From IMG/VR virus record IMGVR_UViG_3300028532_000002, positions 17,052-81,051 of that record: 64,000 nt of DNA, one strand, 5' to 3'. The position numbers were made by a program, and so were the translations under genes. The DNA comes from a virus. Taxonomy: Duplodnaviria; Caudoviricetes. Below, piece by piece: positions 16,273-25,187 of the stretch. The notes under the pieces were generated by a model. It saw only the letters and a list, made by a program, of their open reading frames with translations. It was not told where the DNA came from and made no database searches. The first letter of the stretch is position 1. Each line of letters opens with the position of its first letter.

Positions 16273-17874
16273 TCACCGCGCCTCGATGGCGGCCACCCAC
16301 GCCGCCAGCTCTGCGCGCGGGTCCACCTCTGCGGAGCGCGCCGACGCGGCCTTGGAAGCGACGTCCCACCCACCGTCCAGCAGCTCTCGCAGGGCCCGCT
16401 CCCAGCCGTCGATGTCGGCCCGGTCCACGAACACCCCGGCGGGGCCGAGCGCCTCGCGGAGCCCGATCGTGGGGTGCGCGATGGTGGGGATGCCGGACGC
16501 CGCGGCCTCGATGGCGACCATCCCGTAGGACTCCTCCGCCGAGGGCATGAGCAGGACGCGGGTGCGCGCCCACACGTCCCCCGCCATGTCGTCGGTGTGG
16601 TCCTGCCAGGTGACGTTGGGCAGGCCGTCGGGGCGGACCTGTTCGGTCTGCTGGTAGCCGCCCTCCACCGCGAGGAACTGCGCGTCGGGCATCCGGCGGG
16701 CCAGCTCGTAGAACACCCCGGCGCCCTTCGCGGGGATCGGGTTGACCAGGGTCACCATGTCGCCCGGCGCCGCACGGTGCTGCTCCGCCCACACGGGCGG
16801 GTGCACCACCAGGTGGGCGCCGCGGGCCGCCAGGCGCAGGCTCCGCGCGACGTGGTGGGTGTTCGCGACGAACAGGCTGGCGCCCGCGCGCACGTCCCGC
16901 AGGATCCACGGGGCCGCCGAGTGCAACACCTGGACGAGGCGGGCGCGCGCCTGCCGGGCGAGCTGGCGGGCGAGAGGTACGGACTTCAGGTGGGAAACGA
17001 CCACGTCGGCGTCCAGGCGTTCGGGCGTGCCGACGCGGACCGTGACCCCGTCCACGACCGCGTCGTCGGTCTCGTCGGTCGCCCACACCGTCACCTCGTG
17101 GCCGCGGTCGGCCAGGGCGCGCAGGAGCTCGTGGAGCATCAGCTCGGCCCCGGCCCGGTGGGCGGGCAGGTAGTAGTGGGCCAGGGCTGCGATACGGAGC
17201 GGGCGGTCGTCGGCGGCGGCGGCGACGAGGCGGCGCATGGCCGCCGGGTCGCGGCGGGCCCGCACGTACTCCTGGTACCGGGCCCGGTTGGTGCGGTACT
17301 GGGGGGAACGCACGTTCGCGGCGGGGGTGTGGTGCAGGTGGGTGATGGTGCCGTGGTGGCGCACGCCTTCCCCCAGCAGGACGTTGGAGGCGGTCCAGAA
17401 CGCGTCGTCCTCGAACCCCCAGCCGACGAAGTCCTCGTCCATGCCGCCGGCCTTCCACCAGGCGTCCGTCGAGATGACCCACACGCCGCCGATCGGCCGC
17501 CGGGACTCGTCGGCCACGGGCGCGTCCATGGGGTCGACACCCCGCGCGTACACGGCGAGGGTGCCCTCGGGGGTGAGGGCCCGGTACCGGGTGTAGGGCA
17601 GGTGCAGGCGCCCGTCGGCCGCGGCGCCCTCGATGGCGGCCCGGAGCGGCGCCTCCTCGGCGATGGTGTCGGCGTCGCACAGCACCACCACCCCCGACCC
17701 GGCCCGGCGCACCGCGGCGTTGCGCACCCGGGCCCGGGAGAACTCGCCGTCGACGTCGACCAGGAGGTGGTCGGCGTCGGGGAGCATCTCGCGGAGCCGC
17801 CACTGCACGTACTCGGCGTGGATCTCCCGGTCCAGCTGGCCGCCCCGGAACGGGACCGCGACGGTCACCTTCAC
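16273..17874 (-). CDS. Two-domain glycosyltransferase (GT2/GT7C-like + GT4-like)
   Basis: N-domain CDADT and GGMDEDFVGWGFED; C-domain HRAGAELMLHEL, NPIPAKG, EESYGMVAIEAAASGIP. Confidence 0.92.
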   Translation of the reverse strand: MKVTVAVPFRGGQLDREIHAEYVQWRLREMLPDADHLLVDVDGEFSRARVRNAAVRRAGSGVVVLCDADTIAEEAPLRAAIEGAAADGRLHLPYTRYRALTPEGTLAVYARGVDPMDAPVADESRRPIGGVWVISTDAWWKAGGMDEDFVGWGFEDDAFWTASNVLLGEGVRHHGTITHLHHTPAANVRSPQYRTNRARYQEYVRARRDPAAMRRLVAAAADDRPLRIAALAHYYLPAHRAGAELMLHELLRALADRGHEVTVWATDETDDAVVDGVTVRVGTPERLDADVVVSHLKSVPLARQLARQARARLVQVLHSAAPWILRDVRAGASLFVANTHHVARSLRLAARGAHLVVHPPVWAEQHRAAPGDMVTLVNPIPAKGAGVFYELARRMPDAQFLAVEGGYQQTEQVRPDGLPNVTWQDHTDDMAGDVWARTRVLLMPSAEESYGMVAIEAAASGIPTIAHPTIGLREALGPAGVFVDRADIDGWERALRELLDGGWDVASKAASARSAEVDPRAELAAWVAAIEAR

Positions 17875-18414
17875 CTACGTACCCCTCACTGCCTTCTCAG
17901 CGGACCACAGGTAGTAGCCCAGCACGTCGCCCTCGTGGGCCTCGACGAGGCCGGGCCCCAGCTCCGCGCGCATCTGCGGCCCGGTCCAGTGGTCCCGGTG
18001 GATCTCGAACCAGTTCCCGTTGACGTCCGCCTGGTCGTGATGGGCCAACGGGACGCTGACGAGGACGTGGTGCGCCCAGTCCCGCATGCGCGCGAGCACC
18101 GCCCGCGCCTCCGGCTGCGTCATGTGCTCCAGCACGTCCGCGAGGATGACCAGGTCCGGTTCGCGCAGGATGGTGTACGGGTCCAGGTGGCGGATGTCCG
18201 CGACGACGACGTGGTCGTAGGCCTCGAACAGCTGGAACTGCTGGATGTAGGGGGCCCACGCCTCCACCCCCACCCACCGGCACCCCGGGGTGGCGTCGCG
18301 GGCCAGCTGCACGTAGGTGCCCTCGCCGGGTCCCACGTCCACCACAGAGGCGGGCGCGAGAGACCTGATGATCTCCCGCGCCCACCCCTTTCCCTCACGG
18401 TCGGAGGTCGGCAC
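17875..18414 (-). CDS. Class I SAM-dependent methyltransferase
   Basis: VVDVGPGEGTY motif I, GVEAW, DLVILADVLEHM. Confidence 0.9.
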   Translation of the reverse strand: MPTSDREGKGWAREIIRSLAPASVVDVGPGEGTYVQLARDATPGCRWVGVEAWAPYIQQFQLFEAYDHVVVADIRHLDPYTILREPDLVILADVLEHMTQPEARAVLARMRDWAHHVLVSVPLAHHDQADVNGNWFEIHRDHWTGPQMRAELGPGLVEAHEGDVLGYYLWSAEKAVRGT

Positions 18415-18765
18415 CTACGCCGCCACCGGCCGGACGGGCGTGGGCGACACCTCGTGGCGGAGCACCAGGGTCATGATCGCGACGATCGCGCCGTTGATCG
18501 CGACCACCAGCTCGGGGCTCACCCCGATCCCGTAGTGGGTCAGCAGCGGGGCGAGCGTCAGTATGACGGCAGTGAACGCCGCGGGGGCGATGGGGCGGAC
18601 GTAGACCGCCTGCACCGCACCCAGGACCGCGCCGAGCGCCCCGACGATCAGCGGCACCGCGGCGTCGGTCAGGTACGGCAGGCCGACCGCGACGCCGACG
18701 AGGAGGACGGCCTGGACGGCGTTCAGGATGACGACCGGCTCGCGGCCGAACACGGGAGACTTCAT
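18415..18765 (-). CDS. Holin
   Basis: IFGREP-type N-terminus (VFGREPVVIL), four TM helices, in the lysis cassette. Confidence 0.75.
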   Translation of the reverse strand: MKSPVFGREPVVILNAVQAVLLVGVAVGLPYLTDAAVPLIVGALGAVLGAVQAVYVRPIAPAAFTAVILTLAPLLTHYGIGVSPELVVAINGAIVAIMTLVLRHEVSPTPVRPVAA

Positions 18766-18950
18766 GGGCTGGATTCCTGTTCTCGGGCTTCTCGCCCGTC
18801 AAGACTGCTGTGAGTGATGACCCAGCCGACCGATCCGTCTTTGCGTTTGATCGGTCGGGTGGTGGGGCCGCACATGCAGTCGGCCTCGTTGGTGTCGGTG
18901 TCGTGCTCGACCAGGTCATTGTCGGGGTAGACGTGCACGGTGTCGGACAC
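18762..18950 (-). CDS. Small hypothetical protein in lysis cassette
   Basis: VHVYPDNDLVEHDT...CMCGP...HSSLDGRE; ATGA overlap with holin. Confidence 0.7.
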   Translation of the reverse strand: MSDTVHVYPDNDLVEHDTDTNEADCMCGPTTRPIKRKDGSVGWVITHSSLDGREAREQESSP

Positions 18951-18956
18951 GGTGGC

Positions 18957-19943
18957 CTACTTCGGCCAGTAGAAGACGTCCGCGGTGGCCGACACGACCT
19001 TCGCGGCAGCGTCCCCGTACTGGACGACGCGGACCCGGACCCGGCGGCCCTTGGCGAGGTTGCCCTTCCAGCTGTAGGTGAAGTGGCCGTTGCCGCCGGC
19101 GTGCACGGGGCTGTCGATGGGCCGGTTGCGGGCGTACACCCACGACCCCTTGCCGTCCTGTTCGTACTCGGTGGCGCGCAGCTGCACCTCCGCACCGGCG
19201 GACAGGTCGGCGATGGTCACCCCCACGGAGAAGTCGTAGAGGGCGCCGTCCTTCTCGTTGACGCCCACCAGCGAGTACAGGCTGCCGGTGGAGGTGCCGC
19301 CGTGGTCGGCGTCGACCACGGTCTCGAACTCCAGGGAGGTCCACTCGCCGGGGTTGAGGGTCTGGGTCCGGTCCTTCTCGAACCGGCGGTGTCGGGGCAT
19401 GCCGTCTTCTCCCTTGTCGTTATCGGTGAAGCTCGTGGGCGGCTTCGCGAACGTGCCGTCCTCGACGAGCCGGTAGGCCCTGGCGCCGGGGCACGAGGTG
19501 GAGATGAAGTCGCGGTGGCCGAGCACCTTCCCGGAGATGGAGGTGTCCGGTTCCATCAGCCACTGGCGCAGCTGGCGGACGGCGTTGATCTGCTCCGGGG
19601 TGATCTCGTCGTTCGGGCCCGTGGCCAGGGTCACCGAGTAGTGCGAGGTGTTGCCGCCGGGCTGGGCGGCCTGCGCCCGGTACAGGCCGCGCCCCTCCAG
19701 GACGTAGCCGTGGCTGCACGCCATCCAGCTGTAGCCGATGTCCGCCCAGCCGCGGGACGGCCCGGTATGGAAGCGACGGGTGTTGCGCCAGTACGTGATG
19801 CAGGCCGAGTGATCCTTGTCGGCGAGGCCCTGGTCGGCGCTGTCGTAGTGGATGACCAGACCCGATCGGGGGTTGGCCCTCTCGGCGGGCGTCGACCCCC
19901 AGCCGAGGTCGGCGCGAGACACGTACTTCGTGGGTATGGGCAT
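18957..19943 (-). CDS. Endolysin, amidase_2 (PGRP-like) N-acetylmuramoyl-L-alanine amidase
   Basis: GLVIHY, WADIGYSW, EGRG, AQPGGN, GHRDFISTSCPG. Confidence 0.92.
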   Translation of the reverse strand: MPIPTKYVSRADLGWGSTPAERANPRSGLVIHYDSADQGLADKDHSACITYWRNTRRFHTGPSRGWADIGYSWMACSHGYVLEGRGLYRAQAAQPGGNTSHYSVTLATGPNDEITPEQINAVRQLRQWLMEPDTSISGKVLGHRDFISTSCPGARAYRLVEDGTFAKPPTSFTDNDKGEDGMPRHRRFEKDRTQTLNPGEWTSLEFETVVDADHGGTSTGSLYSLVGVNEKDGALYDFSVGVTIADLSAGAEVQLRATEYEQDGKGSWVYARNRPIDSPVHAGGNGHFTYSWKGNLAKGRRVRVRVVQYGDAAAKVVSATADVFYWPK

Positions 19944-19958
19944 GTGCTCCTCCGAGCG

Positions 19959-20429
19959 TCAGGACAGGGGCGGCAGCGGGGTGACGGTCTCCACCGGCCC
20001 CGGCGGGCCGGGCGGCCCGGGTGGGCCCTGCGGACCTTCGGGACCCTGAGGTCCGGCAGGCCCCGGGACACCGGGGGCGCCGGACGGACCGGCCGGGCCC
20101 GGGGCGCCATCGGCCCCGCTCTCCCCGTCGGCGCCGTCGCCTCCGGGGGGTCCGCTCGAACCGTCGTCGCCGTCCCTCCCGGAAGGTCCGGGGCGGCCGG
20201 GCGGGCCGGACGGGCCCGGCACAGGAATCGGGGTGGAGGTCGGCGGCGGCACCGGCGTTCCGCCGAGCTGCTCCACCTGCTGGGACAGCTCCTCGCGGTG
20301 CTGCTCGGCGTCGGACAGGCGCTGGGCCTGCTGCACGGCCGCGCCGATCAGGGCCGCCAGCACCCCGTAGAGGACGAGGAGAGCCAGGACGTACAGGATG
20401 CCGGCCGCACGTACTCGTCTCCGGGTCAT
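19959..20429 (-). CDS. Membrane-anchored collagen-like protein
   Basis: N-terminal TM, short coiled coil, long Gly-X-Y run. Confidence 0.8.
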   Translation of the reverse strand: MTRRRVRAAGILYVLALLVLYGVLAALIGAAVQQAQRLSDAEQHREELSQQVEQLGGTPVPPPTSTPIPVPGPSGPPGRPGPSGRDGDDGSSGPPGGDGADGESGADGAPGPAGPSGAPGVPGPAGPQGPEGPQGPPGPPGPPGPVETVTPLPPLS

Positions 20430-20713
20430 CCCATCCCCCTCAGAAAGAGGGCAACCGCGATGCCCACGAAGATCGGTCCGATGAAGGAGGTGATCGCGGT
20501 GAGAAGGGCAGTCCGCGTCTGGGTCCGCTGCTCGGTGAGCTGGGCCTCCAGCCGGGCGATGCGGTCCAGATCAGCTTTCCGCTGCGCTTCGTACACCTCT
20601 TTCAAGACGTACATCGACAACCGCTGATCGAGCTGTCCGATGTCCCCGGACAGCTCTCGGTAGCCCGACTCGATCGCCCTCTTGAGCTCCCACATGGTGG
20701 GTTCGTCAGCCAC
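20426..20713 (-). CDS. Coiled-coil protein with C-terminal TM (lysis cassette)
   Basis: GTG 20713; C-terminal hydrophobic helix; ATGA overlap with next gene. Confidence 0.7.
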   Translation of the reverse strand: MADEPTMWELKRAIESGYRELSGDIGQLDQRLSMYVLKEVYEAQRKADLDRIARLEAQLTEQRTQTRTALLTAITSFIGPIFVGIAVALFLRGMG

Positions 20714-20819
20714 CGGCCACCTCCCACCCCGACAGGGGGGTGCTCGTGGCACTCGACGGTCTCTGTGGTGTCACACCCACTCCCCCCGAAATCGGTGGTG
20801 ACTCACCCAGTATGCCGCA

Positions 20820-20849
20820 AAGGTATCGACACACCGTTTTCGATACCTT
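20820..20849. promoter_or_regulatory. Operator-like inverted repeat between lysis cassette and divergent gene
   Basis: AAGGTATCGA-N10-TCGATACCTT, perfect 10-bp arms, no U-tail. Confidence 0.5.
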
Positions 20850-20977
20850 CGGGGTATGCTCCTGGAGAGAGATGAGAGGGCACGAGAGATCGTGTCTGCT
20901 CAGGGGGGTGCGAGGGCCTTGGCTTGGGGGAGCCAAGGCCCTCACCTTTTGTCCGGCCCGGCCCGTAGCCTCAGATC

Positions 20978-21475
20978 ATGGACATCTCCCTCTCCCCCCT
21001 CGACGTCGGCGACCTCTCCGGCGTTGCTGCTCTGCTTGTCGCGATCGTCGCTGGCGTCATCGCTGGCCTGGCCAAACGGGAAGCGCGCCGCGCCGCCGAC
21101 GCGGCCGAGGACTCCGCAACGTCCTCGAAGAGGTCAGCGGACGCGGCCGAGGAGCAGACGAACCTCGCGCGCGCCCAGGACGACCGCTACGACCCGATGT
21201 GGGAACTGAGCATGCTGCCCGCAGAGGGCCTCGGCGCCATGAGGCTGGCGGTGACCAACCGAACGGGAGAGACCGCCTACGGAGCGACGGTCTCAGGCGA
21301 GGGGGTCGGCAGCAGCTCCCCTGCCGATGTTCTCGATGGCTCGCCCGTGGAGTTCGACTTCAAGCCGCCCCGGGGTCGCCTCGAAGGTTGTGAGGTGGAA
21401 GTTCGGTGGCGGCGACCGGAGTACCGCGGATCGACGGAACAGGTGTGGCTCGGGGGTCTCTCCTCATTGCTGTAG
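20978..21475 (+). CDS. Membrane-anchored accessory (moron-like) protein
   Basis: N-terminal TM; opposite strand to neighbours; own terminator. Confidence 0.7.
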   Translation: MDISLSPLDVGDLSGVAALLVAIVAGVIAGLAKREARRAADAAEDSATSSKRSADAAEEQTNLARAQDDRYDPMWELSMLPAEGLGAMRLAVTNRTGETAYGATVSGEGVGSSSPADVLDGSPVEFDFKPPRGRLEGCEVEVRWRRPEYRGSTEQVWLGGLSSLL

Positions 21476-21479
21476 GGAC

Positions 21480-21520
21480 AACACGAAGGCCCGCACCACA
21501 CGGTGCGGGCCTTCGTTGTT
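21480..21520. terminator. Bidirectional terminator
   Basis: CGAAGGCCCGCACC-ACAC-GGTGCGGGCCTTCG. Confidence 0.8.
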
Positions 21521-21527
21521 TCCAGGG

Positions 21528-21800
21528 TCAGCGGAGGTCCCAGGGCGGCGCCCCGGCGCCCTTGACCTCCACGTAGTCGTCACCGGCCGCGAAGGACACG
21601 GGGATGGCCCGCCCCTCCCCTTCGTCGGTGCGCAGGGTGACCATGTTGCGGCGGAACACGACCGCGAGGTCCTCCTCGTCCAGGTGGAGTTGGCCGCCCC
21701 ACTCCTTCAGGGGGCCGCCGGCGCTCGTGGCAAGGACGGCGTGGGCGGAGGCTGAGCCCCCGTCGTGCACGACCTCGACCGGGCCTTCGTAGCTGCTCAT
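21528..21800 (-). CDS. DUF4873-like small protein
   Basis: YEGPVEV...WGGQL...GAGAPPW pattern recalled for DUF4873. Confidence 0.55.
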   Translation of the reverse strand: MSSYEGPVEVVHDGGSASAHAVLATSAGGPLKEWGGQLHLDEEDLAVVFRRNMVTLRTDEGEGRAIPVSFAAGDDYVEVKGAGAPPWDLR

Positions 21801-22144
21801 GTCTTCTCCTGTGTGGTCTTGCGGGGCCGGTTCGTGCGCTGGAGGCCGTAGGCCATCCCGCACGCTCCGAACAGGGACACCAGCGAGACCACGACCGCAG
21901 GGGCGATCCACCACCCACCCATGACGGCCATCCACGCGCCCAGGGCGCCGAAGATCCCCATCAGGCCTGCGCCCAGGGTGATGATGGTCGGGTCCCGGGA
22001 CGGTTCGGCCGCGGGCGCCTCGTTGCTCGGCCGGTCGTCGATTTGGGCGTGGGTGACCTCGATGCCGGCGTCGTGCAGTGCGTCGACGGCCCGTCGGCGG
22101 GTGTTCTCGTCGGCGTTGGCGACCGCCAGTCGCAGGGTGCTCAT
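21797..22144 (-). CDS. Membrane protein (two C-terminal TMs)
   Basis: ATGA overlaps at both ends. Confidence 0.65.
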   Translation of the reverse strand: MSTLRLAVANADENTRRRAVDALHDAGIEVTHAQIDDRPSNEAPAAEPSRDPTIITLGAGLMGIFGALGAWMAVMGGWWIAPAVVVSLVSLFGACGMAYGLQRTNRPRKTTQEKT

Positions 22145-22491
22145 GACTCCTCCTGCTGAGCCCGGGCGAGTTGGGCGCGCAGGTCGGCGACCTCGCGGGC
22201 CCACTCCACGACAGTGTGCTCCTTCAGGTGCGCCTCCAGGACACGCTCGGTGGTCGCCGCGGTTCGCCGGTGCACGTCTGCGGCCAGCTGCGCCAGGGGC
22301 ACGCTTCCGAACCCCGGTACGACGGAGAGGTCCGCGGGCAGGGGCTCCTCGGTGTGCAACCAGGTGCAGGCCGAGATCGGGCAGTGCCTGACCACGGTCG
22401 GACCGGTGAGGACGCCGCCGCGCCGGAACGCCTCCACGTTGCCGGCCTCCTGCGCCTCGCGTCTGCCGGCCTTCGGGGCGCAAGCGTTCAC
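22141..22491 (-). CDS. Hypothetical protein with CxxxxC-x2-H motif
   Basis: HCPISACTWLH; coupled to the RHH gene. Confidence 0.55.
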   Translation of the reverse strand: MNACAPKAGRREAQEAGNVEAFRRGGVLTGPTVVRHCPISACTWLHTEEPLPADLSVVPGFGSVPLAQLAADVHRRTAATTERVLEAHLKEHTVVEWAREVADLRAQLARAQQEES

Positions 22492-23075
22492 TGCTGGACC
22501 CAGGCGTCGACCTTGCCGTACTCGCGCAGGTCGTCGATCAGATCCGCAGCGCCCTCGACTCCGGCTGCGGCCTGGCCCTCCAGGAAGGGGATCAGGTCCT
22601 TGTCGAGGGTGAGTATCGAGCCGACGACGCCGTCCGGCGCGATGCGCTGGATGAGGGTGTGGAGGAGTTGCTGCGGGATGGTGACCCGAACGCTCCGAGC
22701 TCCTGCTGTGTCCTCGATGTCGAGGACCCGCAGGAGGTCGCGGGCCGCAGTGATGGCCAAGTCCGCGCGGGCGTTGTCGCGGAAGCCGCCCCCCGTGTAC
22801 TGCTCGGTGAGGAGTTCGACGACCTCCCAGGGATCGACCTGCGGGGCGCCCTCGGAGAGGGGGTGCCCGTAGATCTCGACGCGCTCCTGGAGGACGTTGG
22901 TCAGGGTGATCTTTTTGGCGCCCGCGGGCAGGGCCTCGGTCTCCGCTTCAGCGCGGGCGAGGGCGGGGGTCCAGATCTTGTCGGTGATGCGGACGTTGCG
23001 CTTGGGGGTGGGCCCGTCGGGGCTGGGTGTGCGAGGCATGCGGCCAGTCTCGCATGTGGGGGTACGGCTCGTCAT
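22488..23075 (-). CDS. Ribbon-helix-helix-like DNA-binding protein, candidate island regulator
   Basis: GGAGGG RBS before ATG 23075; TPKRNVRITDKIWTPALARAE...TLTNVLQERVEIY resembles actinophage RHH proteins. Confidence 0.65.
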   Translation of the reverse strand: MTSRTPTCETGRMPRTPSPDGPTPKRNVRITDKIWTPALARAEAETEALPAGAKKITLTNVLQERVEIYGHPLSEGAPQVDPWEVVELLTEQYTGGGFRDNARADLAITAARDLLRVLDIEDTAGARSVRVTIPQQLLHTLIQRIAPDGVVGSILTLDKDLIPFLEGQAAAGVEGAADLIDDLREYGKVDAWVQQ

Positions 23076-23098
23076 TTTTGTCCCTCCATGTGCTGTGT

Positions 23099-23153
23099 CT
23101 GTCCCTACGGGGGATTGAACCTGTCCCCCCATCTGACTATACTGGGGGGACAG
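23099..23153 (+). promoter_or_regulatory. Promoter/operator cassette P1
   Basis: TTGAAC(23115)-N17-TATACT(23138); CTGTCCCCCCA(23121)...TGGGGGGACAG(23143). Confidence 0.85.
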
Positions 23154-23177
23154 AAACAGTCAAGGGGAGGAACCACC

Positions 23178-23510
23178 ATGGGGATCCAGTTCTGCGCCGC
23201 CGCCGACCGTCCGGCCGCCCCCGTGGTGGACGTGAACGCCTTCCACGGGTCGCGCCTGCTGCGCCTCCTGGGCCTGCCCGTCGAGCCGGTCGGCGACGTT
23301 CCGGCCGCCGAGCTGCGCGAGCGCGCCACGCTCGCCATCGCCATGTGCGAGGCGGGCGAGGCGCACGCCGACGGCGAGGCCGGGGCCGCCCTGGAGTCGG
23401 CCGCGCGCGGCGCGGACCCCTCGCACCTGCGCATGCGCCTCGTGGAGCTGCTCGGCGTCGCCGAGTGGGTCCGCGAGCACCGCCCCGGCGGCCCCGTCAC
23501 CTGGGGCTGA
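23178..23510 (+). CDS. Island gene P1-1, hypothetical
   Basis: GGAGG RBS; first gene after P1. Confidence 0.7.
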   Translation: MGIQFCAAADRPAAPVVDVNAFHGSRLLRLLGLPVEPVGDVPAAELRERATLAIAMCEAGEAHADGEAGAALESAARGADPSHLRMRLVELLGVAEWVREHRPGGPVTWG

Positions 23511-23574
23511 CCCCTCCCCCACCACACACCCCACCGGGGCGGCCCCACCGGGCCGCCCCAGGAAGGACACTCCC

Positions 23575-24108
23575 ATGCACGACATCTCCGACCGCCTGCT
23601 GAACCGCCTGGTCGAGGCCGTCAAGGAGGCCGAGCGCACCGGCGTCTACGCCCACCTGCCCGCGAAGACCCCGGCCGCGTCCCGTGAGGCGCTCCTGCGC
23701 CGCGAGCTCGTCTACCGCAACCACGTCGAAGGGCGGTGGGAGCTGTCGCTGGAGGCCGTCGGCATGGCAGAGGAGGAGATCGAGCGCCGCGCCCACGACG
23801 CGGCCGAGGAGGCTGCCCGGCCCGCCCTCCAGGCCGCCGCCGACCGGGTGTTCCTCGCCCAGTGGGCGGGCCTGCCCGGGGAAGAGGAGTTCCGCGCGGT
23901 CGCCCCCGCGCGGGGCGTGCGCACCCACGAGGCCCGGTGTGCCGACAGGGCTCTGCGGCCGACGTGCGCCGAGCCGGGCCGGAGCCTGCGGACGAACTTC
24001 CTCCCCACCGACGCCGACATCACCTGCCCCAAGTGCCGCAAGCGACGGGCGCTACGCGCCGAGAGCCGCGCCGAGCTGGCCGCCGCCCGCGCCCGGCTCG
24101 CCGTCTGA
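23575..24108 (+). CDS. Island gene P1-2, hypothetical with zinc motif
   Basis: AGGAAGGA RBS; HEARC...PTC...ITCPKC. Confidence 0.7.
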   Translation: MHDISDRLLNRLVEAVKEAERTGVYAHLPAKTPAASREALLRRELVYRNHVEGRWELSLEAVGMAEEEIERRAHDAAEEAARPALQAAADRVFLAQWAGLPGEEEFRAVAPARGVRTHEARCADRALRPTCAEPGRSLRTNFLPTDADITCPKCRKRRALRAESRAELAAARARLAV

Positions 24109-24161
24109 CCCCACGAACCGTCGGGGCGGCCGACCGGCCGCCCCGCAGAAAGGACACCGCC

Positions 24162-24713
24162 ATGACCAGCACCCCCTCCTGGACCCCGCCCCGCGCCATG
24201 GTCGACCTGCTGGAAGAGGCCACCCGATTCGGCCGCAACTCCTCGGTGACCCACGCCACCGATTCCGGCGGCGCACCCTTCGTGACCGTGCGTCTGTCGT
24301 GGCAGCGCGAGCGCCAGGACTACCCGGTCGAAATCCGCGCGACGTGGCACACCCGCACCACGGGCACGTACCGACTGAAGTCCGCCATCGCCCGGTGGCC
24401 GGGGCAGGACTGGGTGGACGTGAGCCTCACCCGCGCACAGGCGCTCGTGGCCGACGGCCAGGAGCTTCAGCCCGCCCCCGAGGAGGCCCCCGACCCGGCG
24501 CAGGAGTGGGCGCGGGTGTGGGGTAACCCCTACCTGGCCGGGGACGTAGGGGGGCGACTGACGTGCGAGGAGACGGAGGTGGTCGCCGACCTCCTCGCGA
24601 CCCTGGGAATGCCGGACCGGGGGTTGGCGTGGCTGGTGGAGCACGCCCAGGATGATGACGAGGGCGACAGTCACTGGGACCTGCGCCAGCAGTACCCGCT
24701 TGGGTGGATCTAA
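24162..24713 (+). CDS. Island gene P1-3, two-domain hypothetical
   Basis: AAAGGA RBS; C-terminal LTCEETEVVADLL...EHAQDDDEGDSH. Confidence 0.7.
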   Translation: MTSTPSWTPPRAMVDLLEEATRFGRNSSVTHATDSGGAPFVTVRLSWQRERQDYPVEIRATWHTRTTGTYRLKSAIARWPGQDWVDVSLTRAQALVADGQELQPAPEEAPDPAQEWARVWGNPYLAGDVGGRLTCEETEVVADLLATLGMPDRGLAWLVEHAQDDDEGDSHWDLRQQYPLGWI

Positions 24714-24714
24714 C

Positions 24715-24770
24715 CTGTCCCCCCATTTGAGTTGCAACTGTCCCCCCATTTGTATATAGTGGGGGGACAG
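24715..24770 (+). promoter_or_regulatory. Promoter/operator cassette P2
   Basis: Extra half-site at 24715; TTGCAA(24732)-N17-TATAGT(24755); inverted repeat 24738/24760. Confidence 0.85.
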
Positions 24771-24805
24771 CAAGCGGGGGAGCCCGCCGAGACCGGGGAG
24801 ACACC

Positions 24806-25132
24806 ATGGCCGAGAAGTACGAGTTCAGCGGGCGCACCATGACCGTCCACGAGTACCGCGCCCTGGACACCCGCCGCCCCTACGCGGTCGTCGACATCGA
24901 CGGCGTCCCCGTCTGGCTCACCCTGGACGCGCACGGCCTGCTCTCCACCTCCGTCCGCCACCCCGAGGGCATCAACGCCGGGGCCGACGTCCTGTGGGAC
25001 CTGCGCGGCTCGGGCCTGGTCGACCTGGTCTGCCGGGGCACCTCGGCCGAGGCCGACGACACCGAGTCCTGGCTGGGCCCCGTCCCCGTCCGGCTGCGCC
25101 CGTTCACGTCCCGCGCCACCACCTGCCCGTAG
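24806..25132 (+). CDS. Island gene P2-1, hypothetical
   Basis: GGGGAG RBS; GC3-rich. Confidence 0.7.
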   Translation: MAEKYEFSGRTMTVHEYRALDTRRPYAVVDIDGVPVWLTLDAHGLLSTSVRHPEGINAGADVLWDLRGSGLVDLVCRGTSAEADDTESWLGPVPVRLRPFTSRATTCP

Positions 25133-25187
25133 CCGCCCCGCCCGCCCCCTCTCCGGGGGCGGGCCCCACCCCCACCGGGAGCACCCC

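Noticed and set aside
19990-20220. Tandem-like DNA repeats
   Set aside because: Explained by collagen Gly-X-Y coding
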